Positions 8,263 through 18,605 of a DNA stretch of 64,000 bases are shown here, in pieces. Origin of the DNA: an uncultured Acidobacteriota bacterium (GTDB lineage: Bacteria; Acidobacteriota; UBA6911); the NCBI GenBank assembly GCA_963809485.1, contig CAWEJX010000006.1, positions 370,836 to 434,835 on the forward strand, in the 5' to 3' direction. How positions within the stretch are numbered: position 1 is the stretch's first letter; each line of letters starts with the position of its first letter. The position numbers and the translations under genes are program-made. The notes beneath the pieces were generated by a model. That model saw only the letters and a program-made list of their open reading frames with translations. It did no database searches and was not told where the DNA came from.

Positions 8263-11028
8263 TCAGAAGGAATACTTCAGGGCGATCTCGATTTCACGGG
8301 CATTTTCTGCGTTGGAAATAACTCCAAATGTGGGGGTTCCCATGAAATTGCCCGGCTGCTGAAAATTGGCATGATTGAAAGCATTAAAGAACTGCACCCT
8401 GAACTCGAGAAGATTGCCGTCGGCGGAAACTCGGATTCTCTTGAGAATGCTGATGTCCCATGTTCGTTCGCCGGGAGTCATCAGGATGTTGCGTCCTGAA
8501 TTCCCGAACCATTGAGGATTCGTTCCCGAAAGATCGGGCATAACAAAATCAGAGGTTTCAAACCACTTATCCACGGATCGCTGAGAGCCGGGAAGCGTGC
8601 CCGGTCCGATCCGATTCGGGCGGTCACCCCAGACGCCGTCATTGTTCGGATCTCCGAACACCTCCGGATTAAAGGGCCATCCGGCCATGATGGTCGTAAT
8701 CCCCGAGATCCTCCAGCCTTCAAATAGCGGGGAGAGCTTGCCTGCCCAATCCGTCGAGATCAGCTTGCCCCGCCCCACCGGCAGATCCAGAATGTAATTC
8801 AGGTTGAACTGCACAGGCGGCTGAAATCCCCACAACGACCGTTCGGCCGCCATGTCCCTGGGATTGCCGGGATTGACGAAAGCCCATCCCCAACCGTCGC
8901 TGACGGCCTTGGTCCATATAAAACCGGTTTGAATCGAAAAAGCACCCGTCAGGCGGCGCTTCAACTGAGCATTCAGCCCGTCGCTGCTGTAGGAAGCGCC
9001 GCTTGACAGGATTTCAAAACGGCCGTAATCCGGGTTCGGCCGCCGCGGTTGGATCGGAACTCCATAGGCTGCCGGAAGAGGAACGTTGGCTGGAATCGTG
9101 CGGAACAGCCTCGTCGTTTTCCGTCCTTCGTAGATCAGTTCAAGGCTCCAGCTGCGAAGGAATTCGTACTGGAGAGACAGTTCCCGCTGCTGGATGTAAG
9201 TGTTGCGCAGATAGGGATCCACGGCTTGAATGGTCTGTGCCGCCGGCGCGACGGAGGTAAAGGGCCGGGAGAGATCCAGGTCGGGTTTTGTCGGGGACTC
9301 GGCTCTTTCGAGATAGAAAAATGGATAATTGCGCCCGATGCTGTTGAGCGCCTGAAAATAATTCATGGGACTGTGCGTCAGCCTATAGGATGCCCGCAAC
9401 ACGAGGCGGTTGTTGCCGAACGGGCTAAATGCGATACCCAATGCCGGTTCCCAATCGTTCCTGTCGTCGTAGGCTGCATGCCCGGACTCAAGGCTTAGTC
9501 CGAGTTCGCGGGCTCTGGGGCTCCCGGTAATGACGATTTCTCCATCGAGGGGCGGTTCAAAGAGCAGCGGATAGAACAGCGACACATTGTCGTGGATCGA
9601 ATGCAGGAAGGGGGCATAGCTGTAAGCGAGCGCCATGGAAAGCGTCAAATGACGGCTGATTTTCCATTCGTCCCTTATCGAGAGCTGCCAGGATCTCTGA
9701 CGCAGATCCGCTCGATCGGAACCATTTCCGCGAGTGGCCGTATAGGGAATCCCCAAAAGAAAATCCGCAAAGGCATCGCCGCTGAACTGTCCTGAAAAGC
9801 CGAACTGGCCACGTCGAGTCCCCCACGTCATGCTCCCGTTAAGCTGGCGAAAGCTCAGGTTCCCTCCGAATCCAAGAGTGTGATTTCCATGAACGTAGGT
9901 ATAGTCGCCCTTGTAAGCATAGGTGTTTTGAACAAAGATTTCCGGAGACCCGCCTCCCGGAAATCCTGCAAATCCGAATCCGAAGTTGAGGCTCGCATAG
10001 CCCATAATCTCAAATTCGGGATAACCTTCGTCTATCGGACCCAGGATGTTCACTCCCTCGATTCCCAAAGAAGCGAGCAAACCCGTCTGATAGGCCTGTT
10101 GGGATAATTGAAGGCTGGACTCCCGGTTAAAATCGGCACGCAGGTTCAGCACTTTATTGGAGCTGAAGGAATGCGTCAGATCCAGCGAGATCGATTGCCT
10201 CCGTTGATCGGTTGTGCTTCCGAAGGATGGCACATAGGCGGTGAAAAACTGGCTTCCGTCCGCAATGTTGTAGTTGCCGAAGAGCTTGGTCTCGGGGCTG
10301 AATTCATAATCCACACGCGTGGTAATGCTGTTGTTGTTGTTCACGATGGGCTGGTTGTTGACGTAATTCCGGGCCGGATCATCCCGGTTTGGATCCGGGA
10401 ACAGCGACAGCAGCTTGGTGGATACCGGGTGAATGCGCGATGTGGGTATTTGATTGTCGGGAAAGGGAATGCCTGTGAACGGATCCAGGATCTTCCGGCC
10501 GGCCGGCGCGCTGAAATCCCCCTGCTTCATTTGCGGCGTAGGCACCAGCGAAAGCATGGTGGAACCCTTGATGATCCGCAAACCGTCGTAACTTCCGAAC
10601 ACCTGCAGCTTTTTCGTGATAAAGGCGCCCAAGCTGAATCCGAACTGGTTTCTCTTGAACTCGGGCAGAGGCTCGCCCACAGGATCGAAGAAATTGCGGG
10701 CATCGAAATTGTCGTTTCGGTGGTACTCATAGACCGAGCCGTACATCTTACCCCGCTTGCGCACTGAAAAGGGATTTACGATCAGCGCAAAGGCCTTATC
10801 GTTGGACGCTCCGGACGGGATCCATGATTCTTTCAGCTCTACGCCAAAGGAATCAATCTGCTGGAGATCCGTTTCCGGCGGCGCTTCGAATCCACCGAGT
10901 GATTCCTGGGCGGCCGTTGCGGCTGCAGACGGCGAGTCCGCCTTCTCCTGACCAACCCTGATGGGATCCGCTCCATGAACCAGGGCAGGTAAGAGGAGGA
11001 GCAGTGCTATAGGCCACAGTTTGATCAT
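8263..11028 (-). CDS. Oar-like TonB-dependent receptor barrel, apparently lacking the N-terminal carboxypeptidase-like and plug domains
   Basis: GSVYEYHRND..DARNFF, FKRNQFGFSLG, EFRVQFFNAFNHANF, C-terminal REIEIALKYSF; only ~95 aa precede the barrel motif. Confidence 0.8.
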   Translation of the reverse strand: MIKLWPIALLLLLPALVHGADPIRVGQEKADSPSAAATAAQESLGGFEAPPETDLQQIDSFGVELKESWIPSGASNDKAFALIVNPFSVRKRGKMYGSVYEYHRNDNFDARNFFDPVGEPLPEFKRNQFGFSLGAFITKKLQVFGSYDGLRIIKGSTMLSLVPTPQMKQGDFSAPAGRKILDPFTGIPFPDNQIPTSRIHPVSTKLLSLFPDPNRDDPARNYVNNQPIVNNNNSITTRVDYEFSPETKLFGNYNIADGSQFFTAYVPSFGSTTDQRRQSISLDLTHSFSSNKVLNLRADFNRESSLQLSQQAYQTGLLASLGIEGVNILGPIDEGYPEFEIMGYASLNFGFGFAGFPGGGSPEIFVQNTYAYKGDYTYVHGNHTLGFGGNLSFRQLNGSMTWGTRRGQFGFSGQFSGDAFADFLLGIPYTATRGNGSDRADLRQRSWQLSIRDEWKISRHLTLSMALAYSYAPFLHSIHDNVSLFYPLLFEPPLDGEIVITGSPRARELGLSLESGHAAYDDRNDWEPALGIAFSPFGNNRLVLRASYRLTHSPMNYFQALNSIGRNYPFFYLERAESPTKPDLDLSRPFTSVAPAAQTIQAVDPYLRNTYIQQRELSLQYEFLRSWSLELIYEGRKTTRLFRTIPANVPLPAAYGVPIQPRRPNPDYGRFEILSSGASYSSDGLNAQLKRRLTGAFSIQTGFIWTKAVSDGWGWAFVNPGNPRDMAAERSLWGFQPPVQFNLNYILDLPVGRGKLISTDWAGKLSPLFEGWRISGITTIMAGWPFNPEVFGDPNNDGVWGDRPNRIGPGTLPGSQRSVDKWFETSDFVMPDLSGTNPQWFGNSGRNILMTPGERTWDISILKRIRVSADGNLLEFRVQFFNAFNHANFQQPGNFMGTPTFGVISNAENAREIEIALKYSF

Positions 11029-11080
11029 ATCAATCTTTCAATTGCGAATGGGGCAATCGGATATCTCAGGATAGAACCGG

Positions 11081-11779
11081 CTAGAAAACGAGTTCGTTGC
11101 CGACGATCATTGGCTTGACGGAAAAAACGGACCTCAGGCGGGAACTAGGGCCCATCACTTCAAGCAGTTCAAGCGTGATGGAATCACATTCCTTGGTAAG
11201 GATTGGAACCCCATTCAGCTCCCTGCTGAAGACAAACTTCGCGCCAATACTCTCCTCTCGAGGGGGAAAATATGCGCTGAGTTCCAACTGCGGGCACTCC
11301 GTTGTGGAAAGGTAGGCCTTGTTTTTCAATGTTTGGGCTGTTTGGCTTTGAAAGAAACGCCGGACCATGCTTTCCTCGTTGGGATCATTGGATCGGAACC
11401 CGACCGATACGACGATCCATCGTGACGTATCCATTTCAAGGTTGGGCTGCTGAGCCGTTTCAAACCGCTTTTTCTCTTCCGGAGACATTTTGTCGTATCC
11501 GTTTTGAATCTGCTGAATTCGGGCGTAGGCTTCGCGTATGGGGCGGGCTGAGAGAAAACGCACGTAGAAGGTATTGTAGATTTCCTTTTCACCCGATATG
11601 CCGCTTCCGACTCCGCTGATAACGCGGGTAAAGGTCTCCTGCCTCGCCCAGGGCGAAACGTTCAGCATTTCTACCGCTTTATCCATGGACCAGGATCCAA
11701 AAAGGCTGGGGGCAGACCTTGCAGCGCCGGCTTCCGACATAAATGCAAGCAAAATGCAGAAAAACATCGATGCAATCAT
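11081..11779 (-). CDS. Hypothetical exported protein
   Basis: 232 aa ORF with hydrophobic signal-peptide-like N-terminus and RBS GCAGGA; 52 bp upstream of the Oar-like gene on the same strand. Confidence 0.7.
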   Translation of the reverse strand: MIASMFFCILLAFMSEAGAARSAPSLFGSWSMDKAVEMLNVSPWARQETFTRVISGVGSGISGEKEIYNTFYVRFLSARPIREAYARIQQIQNGYDKMSPEEKKRFETAQQPNLEMDTSRWIVVSVGFRSNDPNEESMVRRFFQSQTAQTLKNKAYLSTTECPQLELSAYFPPREESIGAKFVFSRELNGVPILTKECDSITLELLEVMGPSSRLRSVFSVKPMIVGNELVF

Positions 11780-12237
11780 ATTCCTGCTCTCGCTAGAATA
11801 GTTTCACCATAAAAAGATAGCAGTGTAGCATTTCGGGGCGCCCGATACAGCCCAAATTTACGCTGCTGTTGTGGTTCGGGGGGTGATTCTTCCTGTCCCT
11901 TGCTCCTTTCCCCAGTTTTGATCCTGCTCCGCAGGATGGAAATGCCAATAAATCAATGCCTTGACAACCCCTTTAAAAGGCCCAAGAATCGAGAGAGAGA
12001 AGCTTGGCATAAGGGGTAAGGCTTCGAACATACGGCGCTGTCTGCTGACCCGGCGCCGAAGAACTGTCATGTCGAAGATTGTGCCGGCAAAAGTGCCCTA
12101 TGACGCGATGGTCCGGTTCAGGCTGACAAGGAATTAGGGCAACGATCGACCCTGAGTTATGGGCGCGCATAACTGGAGATTGACGGCAAGGCCATCTCTG
12201 TCGGCAGAAAAAGAGCATGTGCGCGGAGATAAATGGC

Positions 12238-12549
12238 ATGGTTTGCTGCACATCCTGTGGAAAAGCTTCTGGCGATGTGGGTGAAGGCCGGAGCGTAGCG
12301 TCGATTTCCGGCAGTTTCATGGGCGACGAATACACAGAGTCCTATTTTTACTGCGTACAGTGCGGGGTGTATACAGTTGAGATTTATCACGACCGGTTCC
12401 TGGGGGAGAGTTCCGTCTTTCTCAAAGGGCCCGTTTTAAAATCAGAGGGCGATGCTAAGGTCAGATTGATTGGGGAGTGCCTCGAGCCCTGGGACAAAAA
12501 ATGCCGCTGCAAGGCTCATATGAAATATTTCGATGGATGCCTTGATTGA
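12238..12549 (+). CDS. Small Cys-rich hypothetical protein, possible zinc finger
   Basis: CTSC, CVQC and C....KKCRC..H motifs in ~103 aa. Confidence 0.65.
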   Translation: MVCCTSCGKASGDVGEGRSVASISGSFMGDEYTESYFYCVQCGVYTVEIYHDRFLGESSVFLKGPVLKSEGDAKVRLIGECLEPWDKKCRCKAHMKYFDGCLD

Positions 12550-12622
12550 CCGGCTATCACCCGCGAAACGCGGATAAGTAATTCACCGGTAAAAAACCGG
12601 CAGGAGCAAAGGAGTGTGCGAC

Positions 12623-13063
12623 ATGGCAAAGGCGCTTGTTGTATATGCAACCAGGACAAAAAATACTAAGGCGATCGCGGAATCCATCGCGGAAGGGCTC
12701 CAAGAGCAGGGAACCGAGGTCACGGTTGTCGATGCCAATACTGTGACGGGCGAGTACGACCTTGAAGGGTACGATGCCTATATGTTCGGCTCAGCAACTT
12801 ATCACGGGGACATGATGCCCGTGATGAAAGAGATGCTCTTTATTGCCGAGAGAGCCAATCTGGCCGGGAAGGCAGGGGGCGCGTTCGGTGCTTACGGATG
12901 GAGCGGGGAAGCAGCGCAAAGAATATACGACACCATGAAAAATCTCTACCGCATGAATATGGTGAAAGGCGCTTTGAGGGTCCAGACGCCGGCACAGCCT
13001 GAACGCCTTCGCAAAAACTCCCAGGAGTACGGAAAAGAATTGGCCGGCAAACTAAAAGCCTAG
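12623..13063 (+). CDS. Flavodoxin-domain protein (FprA C-terminal-like)
   Basis: YATRTKNT FMN loop, FGSATYHG, GAFGAYGWSGEA; RBS AAGGAG. Confidence 0.88.
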   Translation: MAKALVVYATRTKNTKAIAESIAEGLQEQGTEVTVVDANTVTGEYDLEGYDAYMFGSATYHGDMMPVMKEMLFIAERANLAGKAGGAFGAYGWSGEAAQRIYDTMKNLYRMNMVKGALRVQTPAQPERLRKNSQEYGKELAGKLKA

Positions 13064-13116
13064 CGGTGCGCGACAACTGAATACAGTCACAATCCCCTAA
13101 GCTCTGCTTGGCGGCC

Positions 13117-13240
13117 GACAGAGGTTGAACGTTCCTGCATTTTTTTACGCTGACATACGCTGAAAGAACCCTGACGAACGCTGATCACCAGGGCGACGGT
13201 TGGCTTTTGCCGGCGTATATCGGCGATGAAAGCCGCTCTA
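13117..13240 (+). repeat. ACGCTGA-unit intergenic repeat, copy A
   Basis: ACGCTGA-like units at 13147, 13157, 13168 and 13178 (10-11 bp period); 3' part GGCTTTTGCCGGCGTAT resembles 43184-43200. Confidence 0.7.
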
Positions 13241-13336
13241 AAAAGTTGGCCCGATGCACCTGAAGTCTACCTATCCACCGCTTCTTCCCGGGATTTTGTG
13301 GCGACCTGATTTTTCGGTCGTTGCCTGGTTTGAAGA

Positions 13337-14419
13337 TCACCGCTGAATGCGCGCGGATCCGCCCTGGGCAAAAGCCCGGACCTGCTCGACCGTCGCCATG
13401 GTCGTATCGCCGGGAAACGTTGTCAACAAAGCTCCGTGCGCCCAGCCGAGCCTGACTGAATCTCCGGGAGTCTCGCCCGTCAGCAGTCCATAGATGAAGC
13501 CGCTGGCAAAGCCGTCGCCGCCGCCTACGCGGTCGTAGATATCCAGCTCGCACGTGGGTGAGACGTGCGCACTGCCCTGCACCCAGGCGACCGCACCCCA
13601 GCTGTGGCGGCTTGTCGAGTGGACTTCGCGAAGCGTTGTGGCTACAGCCTTGATCTGCGGATGCTTCTTCACAACCTTCTCGATCATCCCGAGAAACGCG
13701 CCGGGATCGAGCTCGGATTTGGCCTCCACTTCCGGGCCCGCGATGCCCAGGCCTTTCTGAAGGTCCTCTTCGTTGCCGATCAGTATGTCCACGTTTTTGA
13801 CGATACGCGCCACGACTTCGACAGCTTTCCGCTGTCCGCCCCAGATACTCCAGAGCTTTTCGCGGAAATTCAAATCGAAACTCGTCACGGCTCCCGCATC
13901 CCTGGCGGCTTTCATGCCCTCGGCGATGAGAGGTCCGGTCGTTTCCGAAAGCGAGGCGAAGATGCCTCCGCTATGAAACCAGCGGAGGCCTCCGGCGAAG
14001 ATCGTTTTCCAGTCGAAATCCCCCGGCTTCAGGAGGGCTGCGGCCTCATTGGACCGGTTATAGAAGACCACCGGCGCGCGCACGCCGTATCCCCGGTCGC
14101 TGTAAACGGTTGCCATATTGGGGCCGTTGACCCCGTTATGATCAAAATATCTATAGAAGGGTTTTACTCCCATTGCCCGGACCCGTTCCGCGATCAGGTC
14201 CCCGATGGGATACTTTGCCAGGGCTGTGATGATGGCCGTTTTCATTCGAAAACAATCGGCCAGATTGGCCGCGACGTTGAACTCGCCGCCGCTGACGTGG
14301 ATCTGGCATGTGGTCGCCTTGCGAAAGGGGATGATGCCGGGATCCAGGCGGTGCACAAGCGCGCCCAGCGAAACAAGATCGAATTCCCCATCCGGCCGGA
14401 TATTCAGTTTGTTGCCCAT
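13337..14419 (-). CDS. kdgK: PfkB-family sugar-acid kinase, KdgK-like
   Basis: SGGEFNVA, SFDLNFREKLW, GNEED, DRVGGGDGFASG; sits in the hexuronate cluster. Confidence 0.8.
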   Translation of the reverse strand: MGNKLNIRPDGEFDLVSLGALVHRLDPGIIPFRKATTCQIHVSGGEFNVAANLADCFRMKTAIITALAKYPIGDLIAERVRAMGVKPFYRYFDHNGVNGPNMATVYSDRGYGVRAPVVFYNRSNEAAALLKPGDFDWKTIFAGGLRWFHSGGIFASLSETTGPLIAEGMKAARDAGAVTSFDLNFREKLWSIWGGQRKAVEVVARIVKNVDILIGNEEDLQKGLGIAGPEVEAKSELDPGAFLGMIEKVVKKHPQIKAVATTLREVHSTSRHSWGAVAWVQGSAHVSPTCELDIYDRVGGGDGFASGFIYGLLTGETPGDSVRLGWAHGALLTTFPGDTTMATVEQVRAFAQGGSARIQR

Positions 14420-14521
14420 AGCCTACTCCTTATGTCTTTCCACTTTCCATCTTCCACCTTCCACATCGCCGCCAACCCGCATCGCACCACCGACTATCGG
14501 GTGCCTATCCCATATTTCGAA

Positions 14522-15991
14522 TCAAACCGTATATGATGATGATGCCGTCTCCCCGCCGTGCCCGGTCCAGTTGGTGTGGAAGAACTGACCGCGGGGCCTG
14601 TCGATGCGCTCGTATTGATGTGCGCCAAAAAAATCGCGCTGCGCCTGCAGCAGGTTGGCCGGAAGGCGGGCATTTCTGAATCCGTCGAAGTAGCACAAGG
14701 CCGTCGACATGGCCGGGATCCAGACGCCTTGCAGGACGGCTTCGGAAACCACACGCCTCCACGCCTGTTGCGACCTCTGGATCCGTTCCCGGAAAAAAGG
14801 ATCGAGCAGCAGGTTGGAAAGGCGCGGATTTTGATCGAATGCCTCTTTGATCTTCGCGAGAAACACCGAACGGATAATGCATCCTCCGCGCCAGAGAAGG
14901 GCGATGCTGCCGTAGTTAAGATTCCATTTGTATTCCTTGGCCGCCTCCTGGAGCAGGACGAGGCCCTGGGTGTACGAAATGATCTTTGCGGCATACAGCG
15001 CCTGCTCGAGGTCTTTCAAAAAGGCCCGGCGGTCCCCTGTGAACATTTGGTTAGCAGACGAATACGCCTGGGAAGCCGCGACCCGTTCCTCTTTCAGGGC
15101 AGAGAGGCACCGGGCAAATACGGCTTCGCTGATCAGGGTCAGAGGGATGCCCAGGTCAAGGGACACGACGCTTGTCCATTTCCCCGTTCCCTTCTGTCCG
15201 GCAGTATCGAGAATTTTTTCCACCAGCGGCTGGCCGTCCGTATCCTTGAAGGCGAGAATGTCCCGGGTAATTTCTATCAGGTAGCTGTCCAGGTCCCCCG
15301 TGTTCCATTCTTTGAATGTCTCGTGCATCTCTCCGGCCGACATGCCGAGAAGCTCTTTCATGATCTGGTAGGCCTCGCAGATAAGCTGCATATCGCCGTA
15401 CTCGATGCCGTTGTGTACCATTTTGACAAAGTGGCCGGCCCCGTTTTCGCCCACCCAGTCGCAACAGGGAGTGCCGTCGGCAACCTTGGCGGCAATAGCC
15501 TGGAAAACAGGCTTGATGTGCGGCCAGGCGGCGGATGAGCCGCCCGGCATGATGGACGGGCCGCGCAGAGCTCCTTCTTCGCCGCCCGAAACGCCCGTAC
15601 CGACAAACAGCATTCCTTTGGACTCGATGTGCTTTGTCCGCCGGATCGTATCGGGGAAGTGCGAGTTCCCGCCGTCAATGAGGATGTCGCCCTTGTCCAG
15701 GAGCGGGAGAAGCTGCTCGATCAGTTCATCCACGGGTTTGCCGGCCTTTACCATCATCATGATCTTGCGTGGACAGGCAAGCGATTTCACGAGATCCGCG
15801 GTCGTCTCCGATCCGATGAAGTTTTTTCCCTTTCCGCGCCCGTTGATGAACCGTTCGACCACGCCCTCTTCCACGCCGGGAACGGTGCGGTTGTAAACGG
15901 CGACGGTGAAGCCCCTGCTTTCCATGTTGAGCGCAAGGTTTTCACCCATGACGGCCAAACCCATCATCCCGATATCCGCTTTATCTTTCAT
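14522..15991 (-). CDS. gnd: 6-phosphogluconate dehydrogenase, decarboxylating (NADP+)
   Basis: GLAVMGENLALN, IDGGNS, GVSGGEEGA, GHFVKMVHNGIEYGDMQ, QKGTGKW, QAQRDFFGAH. Confidence 0.98.
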   Translation of the reverse strand: MKDKADIGMMGLAVMGENLALNMESRGFTVAVYNRTVPGVEEGVVERFINGRGKGKNFIGSETTADLVKSLACPRKIMMMVKAGKPVDELIEQLLPLLDKGDILIDGGNSHFPDTIRRTKHIESKGMLFVGTGVSGGEEGALRGPSIMPGGSSAAWPHIKPVFQAIAAKVADGTPCCDWVGENGAGHFVKMVHNGIEYGDMQLICEAYQIMKELLGMSAGEMHETFKEWNTGDLDSYLIEITRDILAFKDTDGQPLVEKILDTAGQKGTGKWTSVVSLDLGIPLTLISEAVFARCLSALKEERVAASQAYSSANQMFTGDRRAFLKDLEQALYAAKIISYTQGLVLLQEAAKEYKWNLNYGSIALLWRGGCIIRSVFLAKIKEAFDQNPRLSNLLLDPFFRERIQRSQQAWRRVVSEAVLQGVWIPAMSTALCYFDGFRNARLPANLLQAQRDFFGAHQYERIDRPRGQFFHTNWTGHGGETASSSYTV

Positions 15992-16003
15992 GCTTGCCCT
16001 CCG

Positions 16004-17284
16004 TTATCGGGGGTCTTCAAAACGTTTTCGATGTGCCCAGAGACCCAGGCCGGGATTTGAAATAAAAAAGATTTCTTCTCCATCCGGCAGCCTGTTGAAA
16101 CCTTCCGCCAGGACCGCGGGATTGTACCGGGCCGTCATCGCGCGAAGATCGGCATAGCGGAAGCCTGCCGCTTCAACCTGCTGTTGCGTGAGGCCGCCGG
16201 GACAATAGGTTATAGTGAACCGGCCTTCCGAAGACCCATGGATGAGGTGGGCCGCCGTCCCCAGGCTGTTTTTGAGATCCTCCTGCTTTTGGACCAGGTC
16301 CAGAATGCGCGGCGTCCCCACGTACCCGTATTTATGGATCAATCCGTCAATTTGATCGTCTTCGCCAAACCGCGAAATCCCCGGAGCCAGGATGATGAGT
16401 TCCCCATCGTCGGCCAGCGCCATCCGCGTCCTGTAAATGCTCTTGTTACCAACCCACGTGCTTTTGAATTCCGACGGATCAAGGTACACAACCACTTTTC
16501 TGAGCGGCGCATCCAGCATCTGGAAATTGACCGCAAGAGACAGCCCTGCGGCACGGAGGAAACAATCCGGTTCATCTCCGATGAAAATCCCCCGGATGAC
16601 CAGCTCTCCCCTGTCGTTTTTCCCGACGACCGTCAATACGTACACAACCGGCAGGTGCCTGGCAAAATGCTCGGAACCGTAGTTGAGGATCCGGCGCACA
16701 GGAGTATCGGCCCGTCCCATCATGCGTTCCATCCCATACACCGCGCCCAGAAAGTGGGTTTTGTTTATGGCCTCGGCTCCGCCAGTGCCTACGAAGATGT
16801 TTTTGTTGTATCCCGCCATCCCGATCACTTCATGGGGCACGATTTGCCCGAGGGAGAGAATCAGATCGTGAGAACCGTCCGCGATCATGCTGTCGACCTG
16901 GATGGGGATCGCATAGTCAATTTTGCCCTTGGATACCTCCTTCACGAATGCGGCCGGCACCTCGCCCAGCATCGCCAGGCTGTTGTGCCAGTCGTGAACG
17001 CGAAACAGGCTTGTGGGGACCTTGCCGAACATATTCCCGATTTCTACTCCGGTCATGGGGCTATGAGTGCCGATGGCGGGCAGAACATCCGTCAGACGGT
17101 TTCCGTAATATTTCCAGGCCAATTCGGTCAAAATCCCTGCCTGGGAATGGTAGCGTGTAAAATCGGGCGGGACGGCAAGCACACGCCTTTTTTCTCCGAG
17201 ACGATCCAGGGAGGAAAAGAGCGCCTGCCTGGTTTCTTCGGGAGAAAACTCCGTATAGGCTGAACCGCGGCTGAAAAGGATCAT
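16004..17284 (-). CDS. LarA-superfamily nickel-pincer epimerase, probable D-mannonate/D-gluconate 2-epimerase (GntE-like)
   Basis: LarA motifs PPDFTR, GTH, VPHEVIG..G..K, TH; located between a mannonate oxidoreductase-like SDR and gnd; ATG just after the SDR stop. Confidence 0.8.
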   Translation of the reverse strand: MILFSRGSAYTEFSPEETRQALFSSLDRLGEKRRVLAVPPDFTRYHSQAGILTELAWKYYGNRLTDVLPAIGTHSPMTGVEIGNMFGKVPTSLFRVHDWHNSLAMLGEVPAAFVKEVSKGKIDYAIPIQVDSMIADGSHDLILSLGQIVPHEVIGMAGYNKNIFVGTGGAEAINKTHFLGAVYGMERMMGRADTPVRRILNYGSEHFARHLPVVYVLTVVGKNDRGELVIRGIFIGDEPDCFLRAAGLSLAVNFQMLDAPLRKVVVYLDPSEFKSTWVGNKSIYRTRMALADDGELIILAPGISRFGEDDQIDGLIHKYGYVGTPRILDLVQKQEDLKNSLGTAAHLIHGSSEGRFTITYCPGGLTQQQVEAAGFRYADLRAMTARYNPAVLAEGFNRLPDGEEIFFISNPGLGLWAHRKRFEDPR

Positions 17285-17289
17285 CGCGC

Positions 17290-18120
17290 TTATATTCCTG
17301 AATATGCCGAGAATCCACCGTCGATGGGGAGCACAATCCCTGTCACGAATTGGGACACCGGCGAGAGGAGCCACAAAACTGCCCCGAAAAGATCTTCAGG
17401 CTCTCCGAACCGGCGCATCGGAGTGTGGGCCAGGATCTGCTCACCGCGGGCAGTCCGTTCGCCCGTGCTTTTATCAATCAGGAGATAACGATTCTGTTCC
17501 GTGAGGAAAAAGCCGGGGGCTATGGCGTTGACGCGGATCCGGGGCGAATATTCCTGTGCCATGTGGACAGCCAGCCATTGGGTGAAATTCGACACGGCCG
17601 CCTTGGCTGCGGAATAGGCGGGGATTCGGGTCAGCGGGCGGAAGCCGTTCATTGAGGAAATATTCAGGATGACGCCTTCCCCGCGTTGAGCCATGAGCTT
17701 GCCAAAAACCTGGCTGGGCAGGATTGTTCCCAGCAGGTTGAGATCGGAGACAAATCGTAGGGCATCCTCGGGGAGATCGAAAAAAGCCCTGTCCCCCGTG
17801 GTCGCTCCCGGATTGTTTCCCCCTGCTCCGTTTATGAGGCAATCCACCTGTCCCCAATCGGCGATGATCCTTTGCGATGCAAGCTCAATCGAGGCCTTTT
17901 TCAGGACGTCGCACTCGATCACCATGGCACGGCCTTTTGCCGTTTTGAGCCGCGGCAGAAGCCGCTCTGCCCCGGCAGGTTCCCGGTCGAGAATGACGAC
18001 GCTTGCGTTGCATCCCGCAAGGGCGCACGCAATCCCGCCGCCCAGGATGCCGGCGCCGCCTGTCACGACGACAACCCGGCCGCTGAAGTCATAGTGTCGG
18101 GTGAGTTCATCGAGGTTCAC
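17290..18120 (-). CDS. uxuB: SDR family D-mannonate oxidoreductase (fructuronate reductase)
   Basis: TGGAGILG, INGAGGNNPGATT, NISSMNGFRPLTRIPAYSAAK, DGGFSAYSG; GTG start after GGGAGG. Confidence 0.85.
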   Translation of the reverse strand: MNLDELTRHYDFSGRVVVVTGGAGILGGGIACALAGCNASVVILDREPAGAERLLPRLKTAKGRAMVIECDVLKKASIELASQRIIADWGQVDCLINGAGGNNPGATTGDRAFFDLPEDALRFVSDLNLLGTILPSQVFGKLMAQRGEGVILNISSMNGFRPLTRIPAYSAAKAAVSNFTQWLAVHMAQEYSPRIRVNAIAPGFFLTEQNRYLLIDKSTGERTARGEQILAHTPMRRFGEPEDLFGAVLWLLSPVSQFVTGIVLPIDGGFSAYSGI

Positions 18121-18262
18121 AGTGCCTCCCTTTTCCTGGATGAAAACTTCGGAACTCCTGACATACTCTCCCAAAAATTATGAAAACTTGCAATCTATCG
18201 GACATGGGTGCAGACAAAAACCTGTCCGCTTTTTTTTGCAGGTAGCACCGATATCTCGTTCG

Positions 18263-18441
18263 GCCGCGTAGCGGCTCGGTGAATTTAGGCCGGCCTTTTA
18301 AGGCCGGCATTATGACCGATGAGCAGGATGCGTCGCGTCAGCGACGCCTGAATTCAACCGTAGCTGACGCGACGGAATCTATTTCAAATCGTTGTCCGGG
18401 CCTTGAAAGGCCGGGCTAGAATCATACTGCCGCTACGCGGC
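18263..18441. repeat. 179 bp REP-like nested palindrome
   Basis: Perfect IRs GCCGCGTAGCGGC (18263-18275) with GCCGCTACGCGGC (18429-18441), and CGTCGCGTCAGC (18331-18342) with GCTGACGCGACG (18363-18374); GGCC-N-GGCC hairpins lie between them. Confidence 0.85.
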
Positions 18442-18477
18442 AAACCTATGAAACGGCGTTAAGCGTTTCGCAGAGCG

Positions 18478-18594
18478 GCGGACATATTTTCATAGGAGTA
18501 TTTCAGAAGTTCTGAAATCCGGTTCAAAGCTGACTCGATTCGCGCGGGCCTGCAGCCGAATGCGCAATTCGCGGCTGATTGTGAAATATTCCCT
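18478..18594. repeat. Possible MITE with internal palindrome
   Basis: Imperfect terminal IR ATATTTTCATA / TGTGAAATAT; perfect ATTTCAGAA-G-TTCTGAAAT at 18500-18518. Confidence 0.5.
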
Positions 18595-18605
18595 CCCGGC
18601 CATTT

